A stretch of DNA of 64,000 bases, from the NCBI GenBank assembly GCA_951406725.2, contig OX597834.1, positions 36,270,001-36,334,000 of the forward strand, written 5' to 3'. Shown one piece after another: positions 27,683 to 42,596 of this stretch. The notes beneath the pieces are model-generated. The model did no database searches, was not told where the DNA came from, and saw only the letters and a program-made list of their open reading frames with translations. The translations under genes and the position numbers were made by a program. The stretch is from Octopus vulgaris. Taxonomy: Eukaryota. Numbering within the stretch: position 1 is the first letter of the stretch; each line of letters begins with the position of its first letter.

Positions 27683-28280
27683 CGAAGGGAGTTCAATAAA
27701 GATTTCCCCTGGCCCACTCCCAGTTATTACGGGAAACGGAACGTCTACATGTCACATTGTAAATTGCAGCTTTCCACTAGTATTCGTTTGTCTTTTACGG
27801 CTGCTGAAGTGGACTAAAGGTGTTATAATGGAGGCAGCTCCATTATACAGATCAGGTTTTTATACTTGAAAGGTCGTAAACCAAAAGAGACGTTCGATGA
27901 AATGAATGAAATTTATGATGAAGATGCACCGTCATACGACGCAGTCAAGCACTGGTATCGCCAGTTCAAATATGGTCGGACATCGGCGGAAACTCCTCCT
28001 AATTATGGACGACCACAATACCCTATTGATGACGACACCATCCATAAAGTAGAAGCCGCCATTTTGGAAGATCGCCGCATAACTATTCGGCAACTAGCCC
28101 AAGAAGTGAAGACAAGAGTAGGGCCCTTGGAAAAAATCGGACGCAAGAGTCGAAAAGTGTGGTCGCCCAAATTGCGAAAATGTCCCAACCTTCTGGAAGG
28201 ATTGGAATTCCTTTTCAGACAAGGGTAAAAATTCAAAATCAATCTAACTTCACTTGCGCCTCCCAAAACCTTATTTACGT
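27683..28280 (+). mobile_element. Mariner transposase relic (N-terminal HTH region)
   Basis: Begins TA-CGAAGGGAGTTCAATAA. The ORF KGRKPKETFDEMNEIYDEDAPSYDAVKHWYRQFKYGR...GRP...ILEDRRITIRQLAQE is typical of mariner HTH domains. Confidence 0.85.
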
Positions 28281-28833
28281 AATCAGATGCTCGGGCTGCC
28301 ATCGAAAGTATATTGGTTCGACAGGAATGTCGGTCTGACGGAGATGTACGGTCTACAGACAACAAATACTCTCTTCACACAACGCCAAATATATCTCAGT
28401 CAACACATTGACGAAAGTGTAGAACGATTACAACCACAATTTTCCCATTTTATCAGCTTGCTTTCTGGTCCTCACAACAAGTAATACTGAATAAAGAAGC
28501 CTCATTTATTCAAAAATATAAGCAAGAATTAAATATGAACCATATTAAAAATAAAAGACTTATCCCATATATTGTAAGACATAAGCCAGAATAAAATACA
28601 GTCCAAAAATAAAAATTACAGATTTAGCTCTCCTTTACTGTAAAATACATGAGTAAACAATTATCTCCTCTGGCAATATGTCTGTTTCTTAGCATAATGA
28701 GCGATGCGAAACCGGTTCTTACTTTAATTGTGTTGAAAGAACAAAATCTTATTTTGTACAAAATTGTATATCTGTATTATTATGACTCTAATATAATCCT
28801 TAATCCTGTAAAATATATCTTCTGTGTTTTTTC

Positions 28834-28947
<114 letters not shown>

Positions 28948-28964
28948 ACATATATGTATATATA

Positions 28965-29850
28965 CGAGGGGTACTCAAAAGTAACCGGAAACGTTCTCTG
29001 TTGGACATGTCTCTTGTAGTACAGGTTTCTACCGCTAGAAGCCACTTGATGCGACCCTCAGGCATCGTCAGGTAAGAGTCTTACTGCCAAGTGGTGCATC
29101 TTTGTTTTACAGTCTTCTACCCTGTGCGTCGACTTTTGTGATGGCTGAAATAAAGGAACATCGTGCTTCTGTGAAATTCTGTTTCTCCTGGGGAAAACGG
29201 CGACCGCAACAGTTGTCATTCTTCGAACAGCTTACAGAGAAGCTGCCATAAGCAAAACGCAAGCTTAAGAATGGTTTTCACGCTTTAGGAATGGTCACTT
29301 GTCGTTTGAAGACCAACCTCGTTCGGGACGACCGTCTACTTCCCGAACGAATGAAAACATCATGAAAATTGATGAACTGATCTTGGAGGACCATCGTAGA
29401 ACAAATGACGAACATGATATGACTGGTGTGTCCTGGAGCTCCTGCCAACGAATTTTGAGTGAGGAATTGCGAATGAAAAGAGTTGCAGCAAAATTTGTGT
29501 GTCGTTTGCTCATGGAAGATCAAAAGCAGTCACGACTGAATGCGTGTCGTGAACTGAAAAAAACATTTGGAAATTGATCCGGACCTCTTTTCGAAGATCA
29601 TCGCTAGTGACCAAAGTTGTTGCGACGAAATCTGAAGATGTAGAAGAGGTGAAGAAAAAAACGACGAGGGCGTTGAAGGGCATAACTTAGCAAGAGTTCC
29701 AGCACTGTTTTCGAATAATGGAAAACGCGTTTGGACCAAGACATTGCTTCAAATGGAGAATTCTTTGAAGACGATGAAAGTGTAAACATCTAAAACTGAG
29801 TGAATAAAACAATATTGCCAAATTCCGGTTTCTTTTGGGTACCTCATGGT
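28965..29850 (+). mobile_element. Internally deleted mariner element with both TIRs
   Basis: TIRs cgaggggtactcaaaagtaaccggaa and ttccggtttcttttgggtacctc. Decayed frame EWFSRFRNG...EDQPRSGRPSTS...RVAAKFV...WKTRLDQDIASNGEFFE; most of the catalytic domain is missing. Confidence 0.9.
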
Positions 29851-30160
29851 ATCAATACTTATACATATGTGTATGTATGCACTTATATGTATGTATATAT
29901 ATATATATATATGTGAGTGTGTGTACGTGTGTATATATGTATATAAATGCATGTATGTATATTTATGATATATATATATATGTTCATGTATATCTCTGTG
30001 TTTGTTTGTTTGTTAGTTTTGTGTTTCTTGTTTCATGTTAATTTATGATCTGTTTGTATTGGGAAATGAATCATATCAATAAATCGATGAATCAATATAT
30101 TCATTGCTTGTATAAATGACATCCACAAATCAATAGCTAGATCGATAGATATACAGATGA

Positions 30161-30214
<54 letters not shown>

Positions 30215-30482
30215 GTATCACATATATATATATATATATAAATGCATGAGTGTGTATGTGTGTATGTAAGTGTGTATGTACACACACCCGCGTATATTTA
30301 TATTTATTTATCGATCTATTTATCGATTTATCAGTCTTTTATCTATGTACTCGCGCGCATTTATGCATAGATATCTTTTAAGCATCAGTGTATGTAAGCA
30401 TATATATAGGTATGTGTGCGCGTGTGTGTGAGTGTATATAGGCATATACGTTATATATAGATAGACACATACATATATATTG

Positions 30483-30513
<31 letters not shown>

Positions 30514-31015
30514 CATACATATTTATACACACACAAAACTGTTGTGTATAAATGTGTATGTGTATGTGTATGTGTTTGTTTGGGTACGAGAGTTTTTGTA
30601 TGTATGTATGTATGTATGTATGTATGTATGTATGTATGTATGTATGTATGTATGTATGTATGTATGTATGTATGCATGTATGTATGTATGTATGTATGCA
30701 TGTATGTATGTGTATGTGCAAATGTGGATGTATGTAAATATGTATGTATATATGAATGTATGTACGCTCGTGCGAACGCAGATTTGACACTGCGTATGCA
30801 TATATGGGCATATACGCATCGATAAGCATGTCGACGTGATATGTATGTATGTATGTATGTATGTGTGTATATATATGTGCGTGTGTATGTGAGTATGAAT
30901 GAGTCTATGTAAATATGGTGAATGCGCACGTATGTATCTAAATGAGTGTGTATATGCGTGTGTACACATTTGTGTGTGTATATATATATGTGTGTGTGTA
31001 TGTGTGTAAGTGTGT

Positions 31016-31056
<41 letters not shown>

Positions 31057-31450
31057 TGTCTGTATGTGTGTGTGTGTATATAGGCGTATGTGTATATTGG
31101 TGTATGTTCGGATATTGATATGTGCCAAATAGTCATCGAGTATCATGACCTGAACTACATCTCCAGCAAATTTTTGACCACGCCGTCACGCTTCGCAAGC
31201 ATGACCAACCATCAAAGCGTTCGGCACACTTTATAGTTGCTCTCATTCGAAAGCCACTTTACCCGTATCTTCCCTTATTTATTTATTCTTCACATTGAAG
31301 TTTTTGTCAACAAATCTCTATCTACATAAACCAAAACACACCACTGACATTCTCCATTCAGCGTCAATATCTTTGAGTCGCGACTACTACCAACATCATC
31401 TAGCTAAGCCTACGCTCAAAAAGTCTCTTATGTATCTTAGGATCCTGTTA

Positions 31451-31559
31451 TATCACCTGATGAAGCATTTCGGCACTGTGGAGTGCATTGGAATTCGTTA
31501 TACCATTCCCCACCCACTAGGAAGCAGTGCAGAATTGCTCCGAAACGATCGTTATGATA
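31451..31559 (+). ncRNA. Hammerhead-like motif with extended stem II in a Penelope-like repeat
   Basis: tatcac-CTGATGA-[AGCATTTCGGCACTG...CAGTGCAGAATTGCT]cc-GAAA-CGATCG-TT-atgata. Confidence 0.6.
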
Positions 31560-31779
31560 AATAAAGTTTCCAACATACTCTGTCTTCTGTATCAAGTATT
31601 TAGAATATTCTCAAAGTGCACCGTGGAATTCCTAACGTAGATCCAGTGAGAAATGTGCATTATTTACTGCAGATGACGCTAGTTACCTATAAGAAGTGAA
31701 CGTGCTCTGCCGGCACACTACTAGGAACATACACAAAATATAGTTTGGATGCTATATTTTTTATATATATATATATATA

Positions 31780-31959
31780 TAGGGGGAGAGTTCACGAAAA
31801 AAAAAACAAAAGATGAAGACAGGTGGTGTACAAAACAAAGAGATGTATTAGTATAACGCTCGGGAAGTGAAAAAGTCTTTAACGTTTCGAGCCTACGCTC
31901 TTCTACAGAAAGGAACACTGAAAGAAACAAGGAGAGAAAAAACGTGTGTATTGGCTACC

Positions 31960-31960
<1 letters not shown>
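31780..31960 (-). mobile_element. Penelope-like pLTR family D with hammerhead variant (31877-31912)
   Basis: Minus strand cttt-CTGTAGA-A-GAGC(gtag)GCTC-GAAA-CG-TT-aaag. Confidence 0.65.
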
Positions 31961-32034
<74 letters not shown>

Positions 32035-32396
32035 ATATATATATATATATATATACCACCACCACCACCACCACAACCACACCACCATCACCGCCACCAC
32101 CACCACCACCACCACCGTTATTTTGACGATTCATAGAACTACATAAACCTTGTCCAATATCAACAAAGGTATTTACTTTGAATGTACTGCCTGTACCATG
32201 TGACCAAACGACCGACCAATCAACGTCGCCTTCACATCGATTACTTCATCTAAATTACCTATGTACAAATGACTTCTCGGTTGATTAATCATCGATATTA
32301 TTTTGTTTTTATTTTATTTTATTTTTGAATATTATTGTTGTTATTTTTAAACTATCTAAAATAGTCTTGTTTTTTTAATCTTGTCTTCAATTTATG

Positions 32397-32428
<32 letters not shown>

Positions 32429-32429
32429 T

Positions 32430-32503
<74 letters not shown>

Positions 32504-32556
32504 ATATATATACACACACATACACACAGACATAAAAGAATATATATATATATATA

Positions 32557-32612
<56 letters not shown>

Positions 32613-32643
32613 CACACACATACACACACACATAAAAGAATAT

Positions 32644-32674
<31 letters not shown>

Positions 32675-32938
32675 CACGCACACATACATACATACATACA
32701 TACGTACATACATACATACATACATACATACATACATACATACATACATACATGCATACATACATACATACATACATACATACATACATGCATACATACA
32801 TACATACATACATACATACATACATACATACATACATACATACATACATACATACATACATACGTACATGCATACATACATGCATACATACATACATACA
32901 CACACAAGAATATATATGTACTTGTATGTGTGTGTAAT

Positions 32939-32977
<39 letters not shown>

Positions 32978-33133
32978 TGTCTACTTCAGAAATAAAATGA
33001 AATGAAAGGAAATGAAATGAGGTTAAAAAAGTACCAATCGTAGTAATCACTGCCTCGTTATCATCATCAGACAGACAGGCAGGCGGGCAGACGGACAGGC
33101 AAGAGATGATGAGAAGATAGAGAGGGGGAGAAG

Positions 33134-33170
<37 letters not shown>

Positions 33171-33445
33171 GAGCGTGTGTGTGTGAGAGAGAGGTTCGAA
33201 GTACAACTTGAATTAGGAGAAATTTTTTTGTTTGTGTGTATGTATGTGTGTGTGTGTTCGTGTGTGTGTGTATGTATGTGTGTGTATGTGTGTGTAAAGG
33301 AAATATACACTCATGTGCGGTCACAGACACGCTTACATACATACATACATAAATACATACATGTGTGTGTGCGTTTGTGTGTGTGTGTTTGTGTCTCTGT
33401 GGTCAAAATTGCTCAGCGGCATTTCGTCCGTCTTTACGTTCTGCG

Positions 33446-34090
33446 TTTCCTCTGAATTGGGGTTGAGCTCAAAGCCCTTCAATGAGACTTTGAGTGTATC
33501 TTTAAAACGCTTTCTCTCCTTCTCTTGCATGTACTGGCCTGCCGCCTGTTTGCTGGCAAACAGGTTCTTGGGGAACAAGATTGCCTGACCACCTGACTTG
33601 CGCTCTTCTCAGCAGTGCGTAAATAAATGTTTGGCAGATCAGCTCGAGAAAGGACTTCTCTTCATGGGACCTTGCCATGCCAAGTGATATATTCAATGGC
33701 TTTCTCTGGCAGTTCATGTGGAAACGGTTTAACGTTTTTGATGTGGTGTTCGTAAAACGTCCAAATTTCGCAGGCGTGCAGTAACGAAGACAGCACAACT
33801 GCTTTGTCTACCTTCAACTTGTTGGTCAGCCTGATGCTTCTCCTCTCGCACACTGATTCCCGTAACCGTTCGAATGCTGAGCTTTCCTTGACGATGCGTG
33901 TGCCGACTTCATCGTCGATGTTCACAAATCTGGAGAGTGTGCTGCCGAGGCACGCCAACTTACCAGCAACATTCAGGCTTTCCTCTTCGACTGTGATAGC
34001 TCATTCCACATACTGCTTATGAAAGACAGGCTGGGGCAAGACCTTTTGTCTTCTGACTGAGTACTGATTGCGAAGCCAAAGTTGTTGAAT
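33446..34090 (-). mobile_element. RTE-clade LINE ORF2 relic (reverse transcriptase C-terminal region)
   Basis: LGSTLSRFVNIDDEVGTRIVKESSAFERLRESV...KLKVDKAVVLSSLLHACEIWT...AQVRWSG..., with frameshifts. Confidence 0.9.
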
Positions 34091-34354
34091 ACATACATAC
34101 ATACATACATACATACATACATACATACATACATACATACATACATACATAAATCCACACACATGTCACAGTATCGCAGGATTGAGCGGATCACCAGATG
34201 CTGTTACACACCGCCGGTCACAATGCATTTCCAATTCTGTCTTCATTGCGACGTTCTTTTCTATTTTGACCCAAAACGCTGATCTGAATCGTCTTGGCAT
34301 TGTCATGGGGAGGGCGTGGACGGTGGTGTGGTGGTGGGGGTGGGGGTTATATAT

Positions 34355-34728
34355 CATGGCACTCCGTTGGTTACGACGACGAGGGTTATAGTTGATCCGA
34401 TCAACGGAATAGCCTGCTCGTGAAATTATCGTGCAAGTGGCTGAGCACTCCACACACACGTGTACCCTTAACGTAGTTCTTGGGGAGATTCAGCGTGACA
34501 CAGTGTGACAGGGCTAGCCCCTTTGAAATACAGGTGCAACAGAAACAGGATGATAGAGTGAGAGAAAGTTTGATGAAAGAGTACAGCAGGGTTCGCCACC
34601 ATCCACTGCCGGAGCCTCGTGGAGCTTCAACTGATTTCGCTCAATAAATACAACCCCCGGTCTTGCAATCGAAACCGCGATCCTACGACCGCAAGTCCAC
34701 TGTCCAAGCCACTGGACCATTGCGCCTC
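34355..34728 (-). mobile_element. SINE family C
   Basis: Reverse complement of the 24611 element. Confidence 0.88.
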
Positions 34729-34736
34729 AACATTAT

Positions 34737-34768
<32 letters not shown>

Positions 34769-34818
34769 TGTATGTATGTATGTATGTATGTATATATGTA
34801 TGTATGTATGTATATATG

Positions 34819-34852
<34 letters not shown>

Positions 34853-34890
34853 TGTATGTATGTATATATGTATGTATGTATGTATATATG

Positions 34891-34924
<34 letters not shown>

Positions 34925-35002
34925 TGTATGTATGTATGCATCGATCCATCTATCTCTCTCTTTCTCTCTCTCTCTGTATATATATATATATATGTGTGTG
35001 TA

Positions 35003-35033
<31 letters not shown>

Positions 35034-35845
35034 ATGTATGTATGTATGTATGTATGTATGTATGTATGTATGTATATGTGTATATGTGTGTGTACATATA
35101 AGTAATTATATACATAAATACATATACATGTGTGTATGTTTCTGTGTGGCTGTATATGTGCGTGCGTGCGTGTGGGTGTAAAAGATATAATATATATATA
35201 TATTGATTATTGCTGTTATTTAGTCGCAGCAACCTCAAGATGTAAAATATTCCTTCGTTTATTTTCTTTTTACATTCTTTTAGGCATAATGTATCGAGAG
35301 CTCCATTATCTAATGTGGTCTTCATTCCTTCAAAGACAGTCGTTGAGATCTAAAGAAGTTTATTCGTTGGCCCTTGGTGGTATTATTGCTCAAGATTTTC
35401 CTTCATCAAAGGCTTTCCAACTGTGACCATCCTGTGTAACATTCCATTTTTAAGTCAGTGTTGTGTTATCTGAGGGAAGTTTTGGTGTTATTTCTCGAGT
35501 ACAGTGTGATCACATAGCAGTACTTTTTTGGTTATATGATTGGGTGAGTCTATTTTGACAATGGGGCGAGTCTATTTGGTAACAGGGAAGTCATAAACGT
35601 TGGCAGTTAATGAATTATTGATAAACAGTACGTTGATGAAGTTTGGGAAACACAAATGTCAGCCATCTTTGTCTTCTATTGGAGTGTGTGTGTGTGGGCG
35701 TGTGTGAGTAAGTGTAAATGTAAAAGTGTGTGTTTGTGTGAGTGCGCCTATGTGTGTGTATGTGTGAGAGAGAAAGAGTGAGAAAGCGAGAGAGAGAGAG
35801 AGCTGTGATTTATTGCGTGGGTAAGCTCGTTTTGGTGAAGTGTGA

Positions 35846-35882
<37 letters not shown>

Positions 35883-36557
35883 CGCAAATGTATTAGTATG
35901 TGTGTGTAGAAATGTAATAGTATGTGTATAAGTGTTTGTAAGTGTGTGTGTGTGTGTGAATGTATGAATGTATGAGTCTGTTGGAGCATGTGTGTGTGTG
36001 TGTGAATGTAATAGTGTGTGTTTGTGTAAGTATGCGTATGTGTGTATGCGTGTGAGAGAGAGATAAAGAGAGAGAGGGGGAAGAAAGAGAGAGAGGGAGA
36101 GAGTGAGAGAGAGCTGTGATTTATTGTGTGCATAAGATCGTTTTCGTGAAATGTGTGTGTATAAGTGTGTGTATAAGTGTGTGTGTGAGTGTATGAGTGT
36201 TGGTGTATGTGTGCTGGTTTGTGTGCGTACAAATGTGCATGTGTTAGTGTGTGCGTGCGTGTGTGTGTGTGTATGTGTAAGGTTGTGTGTGAATGCGCGT
36301 GAGAGGTTGTTTGTCGGAGAGAGATAGAGATTGACAGACAGACACCCAGACAGACAGACACACAGGGAGACAGACCGACAGGCATGCCGAGATGTGATTT
36401 GCTTCGTTGATGTGTACAAGTGGACGAGAGTGCGTGCGCACGTGCGCGCGTGCGTGTTTCTGTGAGGATATATGGTGGTGAGTGTGTGCGTGCGTGTGCG
36501 TGTGTGTGTGTGTGTGCCCGCGGGCGTGTGTGTGTATGCGTGTGTGCATTATGGTAG

Positions 36558-36792
36558 TCTTTTACTTGTTTCAGTCATCTGACTGCGGCCACGCCGGAGC
36601 ACCGCCTTTAGTCGTAGTCGAGCAAATCGACCCTTGGACTTATTTTCTGTAAGCCTAGTACTTATTCTATCGATTTTGTTTTGCTGAACCGCTAATGTTA
36701 CGGAGGCGCAAACGCACTAGCGTCGGTTGTCAAGCAATGGTGGAGGAACAAACACAGGCACGCAAATACATACATATATATATATACATACG

Positions 36793-36826
<34 letters not shown>

Positions 36827-36978
36827 TATATATATACAAGGCTTTGTATATATATACAAGGCTTTGGTCGGCCCAAAGTTATAGTAGAAGACACTTGCCC
36901 AAGGTGCCATGCAATGGGATTTAACCCGGAACCATGTGGTTGGGAAGCAAGCTTCTTACCACGCAGCCACTCCTGTGC
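36558..36978 (-). mobile_element. SINE family A
   Basis: Family A tail, core and head on the minus strand. Confidence 0.85.
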
Positions 36979-36996
36979 ATATATATATTTGTGTGT

Positions 36997-37045
<49 letters not shown>

Positions 37046-37068
37046 GAAAACAAAATAAAGAAGTACTT

Positions 37069-37189
37069 GAACAATTGACTTTCATCAATTATTATTTATT
37101 AATTCAATACAAATAGGCTGCATCCCGAGATGGGATGCAGTCTATTTGTATTGAATTAATAAATAATAATTGATGAAAGTCAATTGTTC
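37069..37189. repeat. Near-perfect inverted repeat with 58-bp arms and a 5-nt loop
   Basis: gaacaattgactttc...ctgcatccc-gagat-gggatgcag...gaaagtcaattgttc, with one mismatch. Confidence 0.95.
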
Positions 37190-37401
37190 TTCATCAGTAC
37201 TTCTCCATTTTCTTTTTTTTTTTTTAATTTTGATTCATGATAAACTCATGTTTACCCTTGTTTTTACCCATAACTTATGAGTATAATATGCCTGCATATG
37301 TATGCCCATGGTTAAACATAGGTAATATACCGGTAGTGTAATGGATACTTCTATCCCTTAGATGGTTATTTTAATCTCTACCGCAACTAACCTATGTATA
37401 T

Positions 37402-37480
<79 letters not shown>

Positions 37481-37494
37481 CAGAACGCCATGTT

Positions 37495-37692
37495 GGATCG
37501 TTAGCCCCTACACGCAATTTTTTTCTCTCCTTGTTTCTCTCCTTGTTTCTTTTCTGTGTATCTTTCTGTCGAAGAGCGTAGGCTCGAAACGAAAAAGACT
37601 AGTTTTATTTCTATTCCTGAGCGCCATACTAAGACATTATTTGTTTGTACTCCACCTGCCTTCGTCTTTTGTTTATTTTCGTAAACCTTCCG
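37495..37692 (+). mobile_element. Penelope-like pLTR family D with hammerhead variant (37561-37598)
   Basis: tcttt-CTGTCGA-A-GAGC(gtag)GCTC-GAAA-CG-AA-aaaga; the U of the cleavage triplet is lost. Confidence 0.62.
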
Positions 37693-37939
37693 TTATATAT
37701 AGATATATATACGACAGGCTTCTTTCAGTTTCCCTTTACCATATCCACTCACAAGGCTTTGGTCGGCCCGAGGCTATAGTAGAAGACACTTGCCCGAGGT
37801 GCCACGCAGTGGGACTGAACCTGGAATCATGTGGTTGTTAAGCAAGCTACTTACCCCACAGCCACTCCTGGTTGTGTGTTGAGTACACGTACATACCATA
37901 CTGTGTTAGGTTGTACGTGTGTGTGTGTGCGTGTGTGTA

Positions 37940-38575
37940 CAGTAATCCCTCGTCTATCGCGTTTCTTACGTTCCAAGACCCCCCCCACGATAAGTGGAAA
38001 TCCGTGAAGTAGAAACAGTACTCTTTTACTCTCTCTTACTTGTTTCAGTCATTTGACTGCGGCCATGCTGGAGCACCGCCTTTAGTCGAGCAAATCGACC
38101 CCGTGACTTATTCTTTGTAAGCCCAGTACTTATTCTATCGGTCTCTTTTGCCGAACCGCTAAGTGACGGGGACGTAAACACACCAGCATCGGTTGTCAAG
38201 CAATGCTAGGGCGACAAACACAGACACACAAACATATACACACACACTTATATATATATATATACATATATAAGACAGGCTTCTTTCAGTTTCCGTCTAC
38301 CAAATCCACTCACAAGGCATTGGTCGGCCCGGGGCTATAGCAGAAGACACGTGCCCAAGATGCCACGCAGTGGGACTGTACCCGGAACCATGTGGTTGGT
38401 TAGCAAGCTACCAACCACACAGCCACTCCTGCACCTATTTGTATATATTTATTTTGTTATAAATGCAAAACAACTCCACGGAGGAATCGACGTAAGCTTA
38501 AATAATAAACCGCGATAAGTGAACCGAGATAGATGAATCGCGATAGGTGAACAGCGATATGGCGAGGGATTATTG
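37940..38575. mobile_element. Tigger/pogo-like MITE containing a nested SINE A (38020-38434, minus strand)
   Basis: TIRs cagtaatccctcg and cgagggattattg, with subterminal (g)cgata repeats. Confidence 0.82.
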
Positions 38576-38617
38576 TTGATGTATGAGAACGAGTTAATAT
38601 GTGTATCTTAGAACATA

Positions 38618-38746
<129 letters not shown>

Positions 38747-38760
38747 ATGTGGTGGTATTA

Positions 38761-38997
38761 GAGGCGGCGAGTTGGCAGAAACGTTAGCACGTCGGTCGAA
38801 ATGCTTAGCGGTATTTCGGCTGCCGTTACGTTCTGAGTTCAAATTCCTCCGAGGTCGACTTTGCCTTTCATCCTTTCGGGGTCGATAAATTAAGTACCAG
38901 TTACGCACTGGGGTCGATGTAATCGACTTAATACCTATGTCTGTCCTTGTTTGTTCCCTCTGTGTTTAGCCCCTGGTGGGTAATAAAGAAATAGGTA
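38761..38997 (+). mobile_element. SINE family B, full length
   Basis: ggcggcgagttggcagaaacgttagcac...gagttcaaattcc...taataaagaaatagg. Confidence 0.92.
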
Positions 38998-39492
38998 TTA
39001 GAGTAAATATATCGATGTATGTGTGTGAATATATGTGCTGGTGTATATATTGATGTTTATTGATGTGATGAGCTGGTGATACACGTTACTATACTGCTGA
39101 GTATAGTAACGTGTATTAACGCATATGTGTGTGTGTGTGAGAGAGTGTTGTGTCTGTATGTGTGTGTATGCATGTACATACGTAACACAATAGTATGTAT
39201 ATGTATGTATGTATGAATGTAAGTATATAAGTATATGTGTGTATACATGCATGTACGTATATGTATGTACGTATGTATGTGTGTATGCACAGTATATATA
39301 TATCTGTATATATGTATGCATGCATATATATGAATGTACGTAAGCATCTAGAATGTATATATAAATGTTCGTGTGTGTACTTCCGTAAGCAAGTAGTGTA
39401 TATATGAATATATATATATATATGTATATGTGTGTGTGTGTGTATGTACGTATGTTGTATGTATGTATTTATGTATGTGTGTGTACGTGAGT

Positions 39493-39528
<36 letters not shown>

Positions 39529-39879
39529 GTGTGTCAGATCCTTAAAGGCCACCTCTGTTAGAAAAAGATAAATCACCAAGAGCAGAAGCCGTAAATAACA
39601 CACGTCCAACTGTGATGTATCCGTTCTAACCACGTGACGGGGATGTACTCCAGCGTGGTCTTGTCTACGATGGCTGAAACAAAACCAAATAACTTGACCT
39701 ACTAAAACACATCTCATCTCTTTATAAACGTGTATCGCTTCCTTTACTAATTCACAGACAGGCAGATGTAGGAATGGGTTGTATAGATGAAAGCCGTAGA
39801 CCGTCAGATACATTTCAGTCGCAGACATATATATTAGAAAATGGTGTTATATATATATATATATATAGTCGGCATGATA

Positions 39880-40195
<316 letters not shown>

Positions 40196-40479
40196 TTGGA
40201 TTGGTGAGTAAATGTCTGAAGAGAATTTAAAAAACCCAGGGTTTTCAAAGAAAGAAATCAACCGGCTAAGATAATCGTAAACACTGTTATCCTATTTACG
40301 TTTATATGTTGTGGAAAAAACACCAGCTACGGCTTTAAGTCTGTCCAGAGTTACCTCCCTTCGGTATTTCCCATTGATAATGGCTAATGAGCTAGAAGCG
40401 CATCTGGTTATGCGGTAGGAGGAATCCCTGGACAGATATGATGTTTTTACACCTTTTTACCATAACAGAGAATGACCAT

Positions 40480-40780
40480 GGGATTGCACCTAGAATGACC
40501 ATGGGATTGCACCTAGAAAGTTACCCTCCAAGGGCAAGGTTGTTTATGGAAGACCAGCAGTCGCTCATGCATACCGGCCTCCCCTCTCCAGGCCACCAGT
40601 GTTATCCAAGGTAAAGGCAAAGGGGCCGATACAGCTTGGCACCTGTGATGTCGCAACTCATTTCTACAGTTGAGTGAACTGGAGTAACGTGAAATAAAGT
40701 GTCTTGCTCAAGAACACAACACGCAGTCCGGTCCGGGATTCGAACTCACAACCGCACGATCGTAAGCTCGACGCTCTAAT
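40480..40780 (-). mobile_element. tRNA-derived SINE (family C related)
   Basis: Minus-strand head ttagagcgtcgagcttacgatcgtgcggttgtgagttcgaatcccgg followed by cttgagcaagacactt. Confidence 0.75.
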
Positions 40781-40829
40781 GCCTTCTTCCAAGCGATCTT
40801 CCCATAGGACAGTCAGCTCTAGCAGCACC

Positions 40830-41320
40830 ACTTGATGGGTCATTACGTCAATGATAATAATTCACTAAAAACAATTCAAATGTCGCCTATACCAACACGA
40901 CCGTTTATACCATTACCGCCATCTGAAAAACACCACAGTATTCTCCATAATTCAAGCGAATATACTGGGTCAAACCAGCATAAACGATCCGACTTTGTGA
41001 AGTCGTGTAAATACTGCAAACTATGTCTTACTGAGAAACTCTGTATCATTTCCCATTCCAATACAACAATAAAGAAAAGAGTTAACTGTTTCTTTTTAAT
41101 TCTTAAATTCCTCGTTGTGAACTATAAGGCAGATGCCCATGATTCGTAATCTATGGTACATGGCGTCAGTAACCGTACGACTAGCGGAAAGACAACTTAT
41201 TTTTATTAAATTTTAAACTACTCCTTCGTTATTGTTTCTTCTCAACTTATTGATACAGAATAGTTGACCGTAAAGATGATTACATAAGCCGAATAATTAT
41301 AAATCTGTAATCAAGTTTAT
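40830..41320 (+). mobile_element. Penelope-like element relic (GIY-YIG C-terminal region)
   Basis: The ORF contains CKLCLTEKLCII...KR, resembling the C-x-LCL-x-EK-x2-I motif at the end of Penelope ORFs. Confidence 0.5.
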
Positions 41321-41429
41321 CTTGGACGTCACACACACACCTAACACACATAACACACACACACACACATACACACACATACATACACACGCACACACAC
41401 ACACAAACAAACACGCCCGCACGCTTATG

Positions 41430-41800
41430 GAGTCCATCACATCTATTGATGACCATTTGGGGGTCCTTCCTTGCCTGCACATTCCAATCCTTGACAAGCT
41501 GTTCTTCACACACTCAGGTACATTAAATGATTAGATTCTTTTCTCATTGCGTTTCTTCCGCATATCCTGGATCCCCTGCAAACGGTGGGACCGTCAAAGC
41601 AAGCCATGAATAGCAACACTTGAAGGGTTGATGTGACTCCTTCCATTTCAAACCGACCTTCATTTGGATTTCGAATCGCTCTATTTAGGTCTTCCAGCCA
41701 GGAACTGATCATCGTGTAACTGGCTGTGAAGGATCCAACGAGTGAGCCACGGTCACTAAATCTCTGAACTCTCTCAGTTGATGTCTTCGTAATGTAGATT
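41430..41800 (-). mobile_element. Possible highly decayed LINE reverse transcriptase fragment
   Basis: NLHYEDIN and HLMYLSV...KDW fragments weakly resemble RT domains 5-7. Confidence 0.25.
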
Positions 41801-41949
41801 TGATATACATACATACATGCTTGCATGCATGCATACATACATACATACATACATACATACATACATACATACATACATACATACATACATACATACATAC
41901 ATACATACATACATACATACATACGTACGTACATACATACATACATACA

Positions 41950-42275
41950 TGTTGTTGATGCTGAAATTCCAATGAAGGAGCTTTGAATCTAGGTAAGTAA
42001 CAGGCTCTTTCTCTCTCTATTGGCAAGAAATCTTGAAATAAAACTGAACAACGTCATACATACATACATACATACATACATACATACATACATACATACA
42101 TACATACATACATACAGACACAACTTATATACAACTGCTTCGAAATATTTAGCAACTATACCCAAAATATAAATTCACATTTATAACAATAATTGTTATG
42201 CTTGGATTGGTGAGTAAATGTCTTAAGAGAATTTAAAAAACCCAGGGTTTTCAAAGAAAGAAATCAACCGGCTAA
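41950..42275 (+). mobile_element. Two RLE-LINE fragments in (CATA)n: a 3' UTR (41950-42056) and an endonuclease region (42116-42275)
   Basis: [40 protein letters not shown] is homologous to the 12771 copy. Confidence 0.72.
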
Positions 42276-42596
42276 GATAATCGTAAACACTGTTATCCTA
42301 TTTACGTTTATATGTTGTGAAAAAACACCAGCTACGGCTTTAAGTCTGTCCGGAGTTACCTCCCTCCGGTATTTCCCATTGATAATGGCCAATGAGCTAG
42401 AAGCGCATCTGGTAATGCGATACGAGGAATCCATGGACAGATATGATGTTTTTACACCTTTTTACCATAACAGAGAATTTTTTTCTCTGCAGTAAATTGC
42501 AGTGAATTTGCCTTTCGAAGTTGAAACATGTCGCAAACGTATCTTCACTAACTTAGGCTTAAACACTGCTTGGCGCTCATACTGCTGACTACGTTC

